Translations under genes and position numbers: made by a program
The notes under the pieces: model-generated
Told to the model about the DNA's origin: nothing
The model's database searches: none
The model's input: only the letters and a program-made list of their open reading frames with translations
Part shown: piece after piece, positions 22,182-33,995 of the stretch
Numbering within the stretch: position 1 is the first letter of the stretch
Layout: each line of letters begins with the position of its first letter
Source of the DNA: Phallusia mammillata
Lineage: Eukaryota
Length of the DNA stretch: 64,000 bases
Direction of reading: 5' to 3'
NCBI GenBank assembly: GCA_965637545.1
Contig: OZ281500.1
Coordinates: forward strand, 19,592,001-19,656,000

Positions 22182-25100
22182 TTAAACCACATGAGCGAGA
22201 ATAAGGTTTACGGGCTTTGACGCATCTGCATCTAAACTGTCATTTGTTCCGACCTGCAACAAAATAAAAAATAAAATTTACGAATCTCTGAAACAAGAAT
22301 TTAACTAGTCCCAAGTGGGCACAAGAGAGCAATGTTTATTGATGTGAATTTCAATTGGTGCGACTTACCTCTTTTGATGTCAACATGCTTTCTCTTTTAC
22401 ACAGCACTGCTCCCATAATGGTCAGGACTATTTCAGTCAGAGCAAACATGCAGAGGACGATGTGAAGACAGATTGCCGACTATAACAAATATAGAAATGT
22501 TAGGAAGGTCAACCACGGAACACATAATGTGGAAAAAAGCAAATATGGATGTGCCATCTCTCTGTAAATCTGTGAACCGTTGGCGCGAATATCTAAAAGT
22601 CTGAGACGAAACGCAATGTACCCAAGAAGCCGTAAAAAGCTTGCCCTGATGATGGCATGAGCATTTATCGAAACGTTTAAATAATAAAGCATGTCACTTT
22701 TTACGTCTATTTGGACCGTTATTTTCCTCGTTAAACTGTTGAACAGATCCATGCAGATAGTGTATTAAGCTGTTGTTCATAAAGCGCCCATTACCTTTAT
22801 TCAAGGATTTGATCCCAGATCGCTTCCCAGTACATGGCCCTTTGGGTCAAGCACTTTGCCCCGAGCCTGAAGTTAAGGCCCAAACCCCACCCGAAACCGA
22901 AACCCATTATTTTTTTCATAAAAATCCCGAATTAGTCCAGAAGAAATCCAGAAAGTCGGTGAAATGATGGCACAAATGAGGCCGAGTGTGGTGTCTGGCC
23001 CAAATTTAGCCCGTTTTGTTCAAGCCCATGCTGACTTACAGTTTTAGTTCGGGTAATTGCGACCATATATATGTTTAAACTCATATGAACGTGCCAAACT
23101 GAAGGCAGCACCGTGGTGCGATAATCATGTCCTGGAATACCAAAGATTCGGCCCGAAGCGGAGGTGTGACGGGAATGTGCTTGGATTAAAGCGGATGTGC
23201 TGCAGGCAATTGTCGCATTAGAAGCATTCTATAGTAAATCTCTGTTTGACGTCACGTAAAATGCGAAAAGTGCAATTGTACGTGTGAACAATTTTGCAAG
23301 CGCGTCAAGACTTTCAAAATATTTGGTTGAAGGATAAAACATATTTTTGCTAGTTGAGGACTTTGGTGCTTAAATCTGATTGAAACTCTGTGGATTAGCT
23401 TTTCTGTATTGATCTACCATACCTCCACTTTTTGAATATGTTCTGCTTTGAAATTTCTTTGTCCTCTGAGGGCATTTAAATGAATCCCTTTTGCACTTTT
23501 TACTTTGTTTAATTAGGCATAACAAACATTTCAATACACCACCAGTTATTGTAATAGCAGCTCTTATGACGGCGTAGAGTCGTAGACATACATTATGAGC
23601 TGTATGTATTACAAAGTGGATTATATTTGGTAATTGGGTTAGTCAAGTATTTGTTGAGAAGTTGCAGACTATTCTCATATCTTTACACAAAAAGTCCTGT
23701 TTACGTCTATGGTGGGCCTTCCTACGTAAATGACACAAATAGTTCAAATTTGCATGGAGTATTCACTGAATCGATGTTATAATCACATTTGTAGGCAAAA
23801 ATTATAATTCATGAAACAAATCGTGACATTCAACACGAGGCCTGGGGCAACAGACGCTTCGCGAAATCTTGTGTCAAGCAAGTTCGATGTTAATTAGGCG
23901 GTCGAATACCGTAAATATCACGAGAACGCTTGAATCACCCGGGGCGTTTATTTAATTGCCGCTACATATTGAAGATCGCTACATCAAAAAACGCTATGCT
24001 GGGAATTGGCACTGCTTAAACTGGTATACCGCATGAGCTTAAACCGAATATTTTAGTTCACTATCTTATGCCTTAATCCAGTGTTTTTTAAACTTTATTG
24101 CAAGAACAACATTTGAATTCTTGTTTTTTCATAAAAAGCCACACAAACATTTTTATTTTTTGAAAAGGCTACAAAATTCTGCATAAACACAGCAAATGTC
24201 GTTTTACAGTTTGTTACTCGCATCCTAATGGTTTCTTGCAATATTCGTTCGTTCTATTGGTAAAAACAATTTGGCTTTTTCAAAGAAATTCTTTTTGCTT
24301 GTTTGGAACAACGCCCAGATGAACAAAAGTTTTAAAACTGTTTTCAACTAAAAGACGTTTTAAAACAAAAAACTGTTGTTGGTTTAACTGTGGTTCTCGG
24401 GGAGCCATTATTCGCAACCCTGCGCTTAAAATCTGTTTCCTCTTGATTTTAGTTGTTGCGGAAAAATGCAACTCCAGGTTAATCAAGTGTAAAGTGCCCA
24501 GACACTTGCAACACCTTCAAATGTTGTCACCACAAACTTCGTTCCCGTTTACAAAACAACGCCCAAAAAGGTTAAGTGTGTTTTCTGGCATCGTCTACTC
24601 GGCTTGGTTATGCTGCCGACTGAATGTAGAAACTGCCATATTCTAATTGTTGCGGTTTTTCTTACCGGATTGTCTGCTTCGTCGCTGATAAGCATTGCAA
24701 GTTCAACAGATTCCACGGCAAGCATGAGAACACCAAAGTAAACGCTTGTTGCTGCAAAAGCCACCATGACCTGGGCAAAAACAAAAGTAGAAATATTATT
24801 GTCATTAGAAATAATTTTGAAAAAAGGGCAAGTGTCCGACTTTATACAGTGCATATTTATTTCTGTTAGATTTTAGGTTTTCTTACCCGAAACGGCCGCG
24901 TCATGTTGGAAGATGTAAAGTTTAGTCCAGACATCAAAATAAACTGCAACAATAATCGAAACACAATTAAAAAACAAATTTAAAAATGTTGTGTAAAACA
25001 CTTTGACATTTATGCACTATTTATGTTTTAAAATGAAACATAATGGCTGTCTGTCGAATTGTGATTATTATAACGCCAGGCAGTTAAATTTGTCTAACAT

Positions 25101-26394
25101 GGCATTTCAAGTCCGTTTCTAGAATATTTCACTTTCTTTGTCTGAATATGGATGCATACAAGTTGCCAAAAATGTTCTTGGCCTGACTGTTAAATTGTTC
25201 ATTCTAAATTTTAACTTTGGGGCCTAATTGGCACTTTAAAGTTCGAGACCAGTTCAGGCATCAAATCTAGGATTCGCATGCAACAGCTTTAGTTGTAACT
25301 TACGAAGGCTGAACACCAAATTCCGCTGCCCGCCGAGCTTCTGTGTATTTCAACGGTGAGAGGAATTGATATAACGATGCACAGCAAGGCAATCACCAAC
25401 TGAGTGATCTAGAATAAGGCGGGAAATCATAAAGGTAAGGGAATCATACAAATCAATATTTGAGGCCCTAATGTTCTAAATGCGCTGCTAAAAGTTAACG
25501 TTTGAAGTAAAAACGCTTGGTGGGTTATCTGCCTTTTACAGTGTAAACTGTAAACCAACAACAAATGTAAGTTATCTTTATCATGTATCTTCAAATAGTT
25601 TTCAAATTGACGAAGACAAATTAGTTTGAAATCAACCGTAACAACCCATTCATAAAAAATCCCCAAGTCATGTTGCCTGACAGGAAACAAAAACACACAA
25701 TGACGTCACACGGCACAACCGCGTGCGCAATCATGCGTGGCTTATTAGCGAAGCGACTCAACTCAAGTAGCAATAGTTATTGGGTGTCAGTCCAGGTATT
25801 TCAAGCTAGGAGTCTGTCACGCGGTAAACTACAACCTGTCAGAGGGTTTTCCGTTTTCCCCAAATTATATGCTATGAATTTTTGTACTTGGTCGTGCATA
25901 AAGTGAAATTTAAAGCCGTTTCAAAATTATGATCCTAGTGTCAAACTTTTACAACCAAAAATCGATTTGCCACAGAGAAAATTATCTATTTAGATCAAAG
26001 ATTTAGGTTATGCTAGGAAAAATATAAACAATCTGCCTTTCAACAAAAATTAGCCTACTTCAATAGCAATAAAGGCAGACACATAATCATCTTTATCGAT
26101 TACATACGCATAAAAAGCAAAACTCTTTTTGTGTTGAAAGTAATGTTTAACTTGACTGGACAAGCAAAAACTTACTCCAATTTTACGCATTTTGTAAAAA
26201 TACGGTCCACGGACAGTTTCTCTGCTCTCATCGCCTTCAAACGACAGCTCATCCATGTTTTGGTCCAACAACACTTGGTCAGCACTGTCATCTTTACGAG
26301 GAATTTCAGTAAGTTTGTCAGAGGGAAGAGATGAACCACCGCTTGTCCCCGAAGAGCTGGATGTTTGGCTGGTACTTGGCGAAGAACTGGACAT
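22182..26394 (-). CDS. MS4A/CD20-like four-transmembrane protein (about 222 aa, 6 coding exons)
   Basis: Exons 26394-26176, 25408-25304, 24943-24887, 24770-24666, 22479-22369, 22253-22182, all phase 0. Features: KIG|ITQLVIALLCIVISIP (TM1), GSGIWCSAF|FILMSG (TM2), VMVAFAATSVYFGVLML (TM3), LCMFALTEIVLTIMGAVLCK (TM4 with the conserved Glu). Confidence 0.8.
22646..22677 (+). ncRNA. Minimal hammerhead motif, partly degenerate (family B)
   Basis: CTGATGA-T-GGCATGAGCATTTATC-GAAA-CGTT. The core is intact, stem II has one mismatch and stem I is poor. Confidence 0.55.
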
Positions 26395-26741
26395 TACTGC
26401 TATATCAGCTACTATACGTGTTACAGCAAATTGTCTAATACCCTGTAAAATAATTGGTGACAACCGAGAATGTAAGTAGTGTTTGAGAGATTTGTTTTAG
26501 TCAATTATTCTCAAAGGCTGGCTTACAATATCATTACACGTAATCTCCAATCAAATTGATGGAAATAACAAGTCAATGATGCATAAACATTAATGCCTGT
26601 GATAAGAGGAAATAGAGTACTTGGACAAGCCACAATTTCAAGGGACAGATAAAATACACATTTAAAAATTATTAAAACACTATACACGGTTTAATTGGGA
26701 ATATAACAGCCCAAATAAAAAGCGACATACTGTGTTATTCA

Positions 26742-26773
26742 AACGTTTCGGTAAAAGCTAACGCCATTATCAG
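26742..26773 (-). ncRNA. Degenerate hammerhead motif (family B)
   Basis: Minus strand CTGATAA-T-GGCGTTAGCTTTTACC-GAAA-CGTT, with a G8-to-A change. Confidence 0.45.
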
Positions 26774-29539
26774 TGATACGTGAAATTTCTCGTCACTGCT
26801 GCGCACCGTTTTATCAATCTTTATGTGAATCAAGTAAATTGTTAAAAACGAGTGTAACTGATGTGACCCCTCATATTACTGAAATGACATGAACATTTGC
26901 CGTTTTGAGTAATACTGCACTGCGCTTTTTACGTATATTTGGGCCATCATATGTCCCTTGCTAAACTTAAATAACAAAAATTTAAATCATAAACTGCTAA
27001 AACAATATATTCTAGCGATACTGTTACACTTTTTTATCTTGCTTGTTTTATGGGGCTTAAGTTTACCTTTCAAACACGCTAACAAAAGACTCAAAGTTTG
27101 CCGAAACCATGCACCACAGCCAAGTGTTATGGTCGAACTGTTTTCCTACATATTAAGATATAACACACTTTCAATGTACTCTGTCTTCACGTATTTGTTA
27201 CGTAACAACAATCAGGCATTCTTTAAAACAGGGCAAAAATCGGAAAGTTTACCTTTAAGCGAGGTATGATTACCTTAAATATCGTTTTCCTACCTGTTTT
27301 GACCAATTAAAACCAAAATTGTTTTGGTAACACTGCGGCATCCCTAACCAGAAACTTTGTAGAAAGCAAACGTACCACAAAAGCCTTGGAAAGAAACTCT
27401 ACACCTTTGTGACGTAACAACTCCGCCTCAATGACGTCATTGCCGCGTTCCATGGCACTTAGTAAATTGACTGATAGACTTAAGATTCATAAACATTATC
27501 GCCGATGCCTTGTTACCGAGAGAAAGCGTAAGGTTACAGAGCAGTGTTTGCAAAACGTTTTGAACCAATTCTTACATCGGCTAACGTCTGAAAATCCAAC
27601 AATAATCCAACAATAAGGTATATAAATAACCGAACTCTCAGGAAAGGGTTTCGGTATAAAGCCAGACTAACCACGCAATAAACGTCAACGTATCGAGACA
27701 AAGGCTTTGCGAACGTGACCTGTTAACCGTATTGTGGACAACCAATAGATTTTATTTTAGCACTAGAACAACAAAAATACCCAATAATCGCATCAAGGTA
27801 CAATCGAACGACAATTACAAATATGCCGCAACATTACTATCACGTTTGTATTTAGACAGGGTTTTTTCCGTGCACGTACAAATCAATTTCTCCCCAGCTC
27901 TGTTTAGGCTCCCAGACCGCGGCGATTTAACAAAAGCTGTCAGGTTAGACGCAGCTAAGCGGTAAACGGAGCCATTAGCACCGCGCCTCGTACAGCCTTC
28001 ATGTGACGTTATCTCGTTAACGATGGTATCTTTTGACCTTAACACGACCTTCGGATGTGATACCGAACGGCAAGAAAATGTAATGAGATTACAGAAAAAT
28101 GCAGACGCATTCTGGGTGCACCGATTTAACCTAGTTAATATATGCATAATAAATCTGTGTACACTAAAACTTTCATTTCTAAAAGTACCTCACTTTTGCT
28201 TTTGGTACAGCCTCAAACATGTTAAGCAGTTATTTTTTCTAATCCCTTCATAAGCTTGTTTGTGTATTACGCGGTTTTCTGGCCTCAAATACTTTCTCTC
28301 AAGGAAAAGTACATGTAGCCTTTCGCCAAAGCAATCACAGATTTGACACTAGAGATACAATTTAACCACAATACACACAGCACCATGTAACAGTTCCTTT
28401 TGAACTAGCCATAAATTCAAAGTTCAACTTGAAGTGATTTGCGACTGACAAAAAAATTCAAACCATCTTTTCTTAAAAACGATCAACAAAGTATGCGAGA
28501 ACGCGTATTATAACCAACCTTTTTGCACTCCACACACCAGCTTTAAATCGACAACATTCCAAAATTGTCTTAGCCGGTAACACTTTTCCAACTCCAAAGA
28601 CAACGGGCAAAACAATTCCAAGTACCAATACAGCTTAACAGTTGAGAACACAAAAATACCGCAAACGCTTACATGGTGCATACCACTAACTTGATCACAT
28701 CCCGCAAAAATCTGAGTGATTTGCTTTAACGTTTACCCTACAAAAGCCCAATTACGGGAAATGGGCTGAATTTAGAAGGGTGTTTTGAACGCTTCGTACA
28801 CAGTCGTTCCATTTATCACACCAATCTGCTAACAGCCTACTCTTAGTGTTGGGGAACCGCAATGCAATGTAAATATACTTTACAGGCCAAAGGTTTTCGA
28901 ACGACCTGACAATGGAAATTTGCGCAGGCACGCTTATTTGTTTTACGTCGGATGATTGGAATGAAAATCACCGTACTTGGTTCCTTACCGCTACGATTCC
29001 AATTGCTTTGGACCTAACAGTTGAATTTCTGTGCTAAGGTGTTCGCAAGTAGTATTTCTTACTGGAAAAAAATAACTTCGGCTTATCCAAAACGAACAAG
29101 TTAAGCTCCGTTAAGTAACAACCCAGGGCGAACAACAGAACAACAAAAACTCTAGCAAAGCCGCCCTTTTCATCACAAATAATGCTTTCGCAGCTGGTGG
29201 TGGCAAACCGCTGACGCCTAAAAGGCCTGTAAGCTTAGTTACCTTGCCTTCCGTGCAAGCAATTACTCCTTACAAAACCGAAAATAACAGCAGGCTACCA
29301 TTTAAAACCGCGTTGTTCTGTTTTTAACCGAGCGTAAGCGGCTGGGTTCTTCGAAAAACATATCTTTGTGAGCCGATTTGATTTACTTGTGGTTAAGCCT
29401 GTCAAGAAACGTTCGTAGGGTCGTTGAGTTTGCGCACTTGGCAATGATATACGGCGTAAGATTGAAGGTCGTGTATACTGAGGTCCTATGCAAATACACA
29501 ATGATGCCAATGACGACAGGCTCTTGCAACCCATCTGTG

Positions 29540-29908
29540 ACCTCAGCTACTATTTCATCAGCGAAACGGCGTAGGTTGTCAAGTTTAAGTGCAAAGCTGG
29601 CCGTAACTCATTTGCGGTGATACGTCGAAACATTTCTCTACCGCACACCCCTTTGCGTTTCCAGCAGCAAAAATTTTTGTTGATTATAACCGGAAAGGAG
29701 TAAAACTGGCCGATTTCCTTCTCGAAATTGTTGGTGCACAGTACACACCTTAAACCTGCATCTCTTTACAAACTAGATTTGCAAGAGGATTGCACGATAT
29801 GCCATTATCCTGATGTAGGCGTCTTGTACAAAAAGGTCAATTATTTACAATAAAAACTGCTGGAATAGCAATACCCGTTTACAAAGTATGCCTGGCAGCA
29901 ATAGCTTA
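29540..29908 (+). mobile_element. Decayed Penelope-like element 3' end (possible GIY-YIG remnant + broken hammerhead + tail)
   Basis: 29800-29875 matches the 40297-40376 hammerhead unit, with the GAAA side deleted. 29887-29908 is the exact reverse complement of 40221-40242. The upstream translation C..YYFISETA(R)RL..SKHF is only loosely GIY-YIG-like. Confidence 0.55.
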
Positions 29909-30035
29909 ATTGCTGTATCTCTTTAGTTGCTTGTCGTTTTTACAAAGATACTACTTTGCCAGCAACAATATAACTAAATTTTTAACAAAGTGGCCAAATT
30001 CACAACATCAATCAACAAATTGAAAACCAATTTAA

Positions 30036-32016
30036 CTAGCCGCGTTCATTCAGGCTCGCTTCACGACCTTTCCTTAATTCGACTGAAACTAGCGCCTCAA
30101 TCAATGATCTTAAAATTTTCTCTCGCGAGCCCTGGGCAAGAAAAGCCCCAATTTCGTCACTAAATCGTCAACAGCTTACTCAGCGCATGCCACAATAGTT
30201 TTAAGTCTCGCTGTTTCAACAGCACTAACAGAAACTCAAGCAACAATAGTTTAAGGTGTCAGGTGCCCAACGACCCAAAGCCCGGATTTCTGCTTCGGTT
30301 CAACTCTTACCTGCTCACCGTATCGACCGAATGCAATGATTTGCACGTGTTCGGTCAAAAATTGTATTTTTTTGCGTCAACGCGCTGGAGATGATTTGCC
30401 ATTTCCGTTCTAGCGGAAAAAGTTCATAAGTGGACTGCTGCAAGTCTAAGAGTGCTGTCAACATTAACAAAAAATTACATTAAAAGACTGCGCATTTTCT
30501 TTACAAAAACCTTTTGAATTTATTATGTGAGAATTTGCATTTCTATGCTGGTGAAGATTTGACATTTCCTTTCCAGTGATGAAGTGGAAAAATGTCAAAT
30601 TTTGGGGTCCGACTTGTGCAGTGGCTGAGGAGTGCTTTTACATGTGACAAAAATACACAGCACAATAACGCCCTACCGCGCATTGCCCTTTTAAAATATT
30701 ACATACAGAGACAGGTGGCCACTCAACCATATACTTTTCAGTAAGCCCAAACATACCTATGAGCTATGACATGAATTGTCAGATTTTCCGGGTCTTAACT
30801 TTCTAGTGTAGCTAGTTTCTGTGATTTTGTGAGTGATGGGAGGCAATTTTTACTACTGCATTGTAAACCGTTCGCGCCTTGAGCAAATATTGTGATAAAC
30901 TGGAAAATTGTCAAAAGCGAAAACATTTCGGGGAAATCAACTTTGTATAAGTTTGCGGATAAACTCTAGACTTAAATTTGAATAAGGTGTCAATTACCTA
31001 TATCAAAATTATATACATATCTTAAAAAAATAGGTTAAGGTCCACTCTACAGTATATTTCGCACTAAGGTTGATCAAAACAATGGTGCACAAAAGCTTCT
31101 AAGGCTAGCCTGTATTTTATATTGACTAAAAGGAATACACCGCCATTAAACTAACTTTGTCTCTCAACGAAACCAACTTGTACCGAAACTCCGTTGTGGT
31201 TTTGTCTTTCAAAACTGCTTGCCCTAATTTTATCTTATCGTGTATCTCAAATAAGCGTAACACACTATCAGTGGTTCCCCAACTTTTTTAAAGAGAGTCC
31301 TCTGCAATTTATTTAAGGAATCGCGGACTAAGCTGAACATAATGTCTAAGTTTAGCTATACATATACCCAAATATAGTCTTTTCTATAGTTTGGAAACCG
31401 CTGAACTATAAAAAGGGATTTGTAACTAAACCCTACAACTGGCAACAAACGTTTTTTTACGAAAACAGTAAAACACTTTCCCATGCTGGCCAAATTGCAA
31501 GACATAAACCTAATGAAACAAGCAGCTATGTAATATCTTTCTTGCAATTTTCATCTACAAGACTCTCCATACAATTAACAGTTTAAAGAGTATGCCACAC
31601 TTGGCTATCAACAAGCACCTTTTCTACAACAGCCCAAACCAAACTTTTAACCAACTTAGACATACTTTCGCCTATGTATGTGGTCCCTAAAGCTTCAAGT
31701 ACATAGAGTCGGCTTTACTCTGCAGCTTAGAACATCGTAGCGGACAAGCTTTCAAACTTGATTAGGTCTCTACAACTTAACCCGCTCGTTCGTGCTTGAG
31801 CTCAACACTTGACGCCTGGTTGACGCTTTCAAAAGCCGGCTGTAATCTGGCCTTTACCGTCGAGTCCCAAGGCTTGTTTTGGAGTGACAAATGGAGATCG
31901 ACTTGAGGCAAAGGAATGTGGGCAATTACAAGCCGCGGAGTGATAAGGCTCTGATAAGACGTCGTGGAAATGGAGGTGGCAAACACGGAAACGCCCTTAG
32001 CGCGTTTAACCAACAG
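30036..32016 (-). CDS. Unknown, predicted helical protein; 3' exons of a gene whose start is unresolved
   Basis: Exons 32016-31782 (phase 0 to 1; an internal acceptor is possible), 30454-30319 (1 to 2), 30159-30036 (2 to stop) join into one open frame ..LQPAFESVNQASSVELKHERAALLDLQQSTYELFPLERKWQIISSAL..IRDEIGAFLAQGSREKILRSLIEALVSVELRKG... There is no AG for more than 80 nt before the 32017 acceptor. Confidence 0.5.
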
Positions 32017-33995
32017 CTGAACGGAGATTAAAGATGTGGTGATGATAGCGGAAAAAAATCAAACGGTTTTGTATCAGTCCGTTGTTAGTTAGGTATGTCC
32101 TTCACTGTAAATTATGCTGCAACAATCATCACTTAGTTAAAAGTTTAAGGACACAATAAATATATATTGCTTGCGCTGTTCAATATGTGTGAACAAACAC
32201 AAATGCGCCAAAAAGACCAATATTAACGGATACGGATCAATTATCTGAACTTAAAAATAAACTTAACCATGCACAATTTGGTAAAATATTACTAACGAAA
32301 GTTAGCGATAACAACCTTATCTTTACTCTAATTACTGCTAAATCAGCCCATATGTTAAACATGAGCTGCTTTTTACTAGCTCTGGCTTTCACTGCTTATC
32401 AAACCTACACTCACCGAAGGATAATGTTTACCATTGCACTTGTCAACGCCATCGAATCAAACTGGATCGAAATGTATATTGAAACACGGGCGTTCCTGTT
32501 GAAAGACGCGACCAAAAATGCCTTTAGCGAAAAGGTAAAACCGTTTCATATAAATCGATATTGGTGTGGATAATTGTTGACCTACTCTACGACGACTCGA
32601 GTCATTACACAATACCTTTGTCCTTGATATATTTACATTCGAAATATACCCTTACCCTTTTTATGCTTGCATTTGAAATCTACCCTTTGGCATTGTTAGG
32701 ATCATTTGCCTAGCAACGCAGTAAACATTTTTTTATATTCCGGAAAGGCCTATGTTTGAAAAACTGCAGTGGCAAACAAATGAAGTCACATCGTAATGCT
32801 GCTTCGGTCGAATAATCATGTAAAACAATGCATTCGGTCTGTTAAAAACAAAAGACAAGAAACGCTCTACTAAACAAATAAAATGTTAAATCTATGAGGA
32901 ATATCTACATACATACGTAACATATTTCACAACTCATACGAAAAGTCTGTTGCAACAACACCGGTTTTGGCATAGTTTAGATCCCGAGTAGGTCTATAAA
33001 ATTTTCAGTTTCGCTGAAGTTAATATCACAAAAAAGTCATAAAAGTAAGCTTTAAAACAGCAACAAAACAAACACGGAATATCAGAAAAGCAATTGATTT
33101 TGAAAATTGCACTTACATTCATACATTTACAGGATATGCATATAATAAGACGCATTGGGTAATAGTCAGTTTTTTTGTGCAGGGACACAGAAGGAATAAT
33201 CAACGCATCACTTGGGCTAAAATTTGCCGTAAATGTCTATGTAAAGACTAGTCTTTGAGCAAAACGATCGGATAAAATTCCCGTTAAACGTTTTTAATTT
33301 AAGCTTTTAGGCCTAACGATTTTGGGCACGTAGCTCCTAACCGAAAATACGCTTTTGTGTTTCTATTGATTGCCGCAGCCGTGTTTGGGCAACAACGGCA
33401 CCCTGTTGACCTGTGGTTTAAACGTCGTGTCGGGTCGCTTTAAAACTAAAGCTGTTTGGTTACTCCTATTTGTGAAAAGGAAATTGAAATTTAAGAATGG
33501 GATTTATGGAAGCAAATATTTTAATTTGAGTTGCTACTTTTGGCGTTTGCGATTTAAAGGCAAATTGTACAATGGTTTAAACAATATTTTTCCCCCAAAA
33601 AATAGCGGCATTAGCGTTTTCCAACAGCCAGGCTTTCCTATGCTTTAAACTTTCTTTGGGTTGTAATTATTTGTTACAAGATTTTTAAACACAAAATCAA
33701 GGCGTGGATTTTTATGAAAATGTATTGTAATTGCAAACTTACTGCTTAGGTTTACAGAACAGGTTAAAATTTGGCTACGGTAAATTGTAAATATATCACT
33801 TATTTGGATAAAAATGCTTTGTTTCATGATTTTAGCCGAAATGTAAGCCTAAAACGGAACCAAAAACAATTTTCCATAATTCAATTCTCTTATTGGCCAA
33901 AGTTGAAAAACCAAAACATTTTTTATTGCACATTCCAGCACCAGAATACATTTTACGCAGTGAACAAAAAACACCATAGCCATTGCTTCTCTATT

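Noticed and set aside
27815-28147. 110-aa minus-strand ORF
   Set aside because: No recognisable motif or convincing splice sites.
28519-28633. Minus-strand exon-like segment with a hydrophobic reading (VLVLGIVLPVVFG..AGVWS)
   Set aside because: I found no phase-consistent partner exons, and the upstream intron would be only 39 nt.
29540-29620. hAT dimerisation-domain-like reading (SATISSAKRRRLSS)
   Set aside because: The match is weak, and the adjacent hammerhead and tail fit a Penelope-like remnant better.
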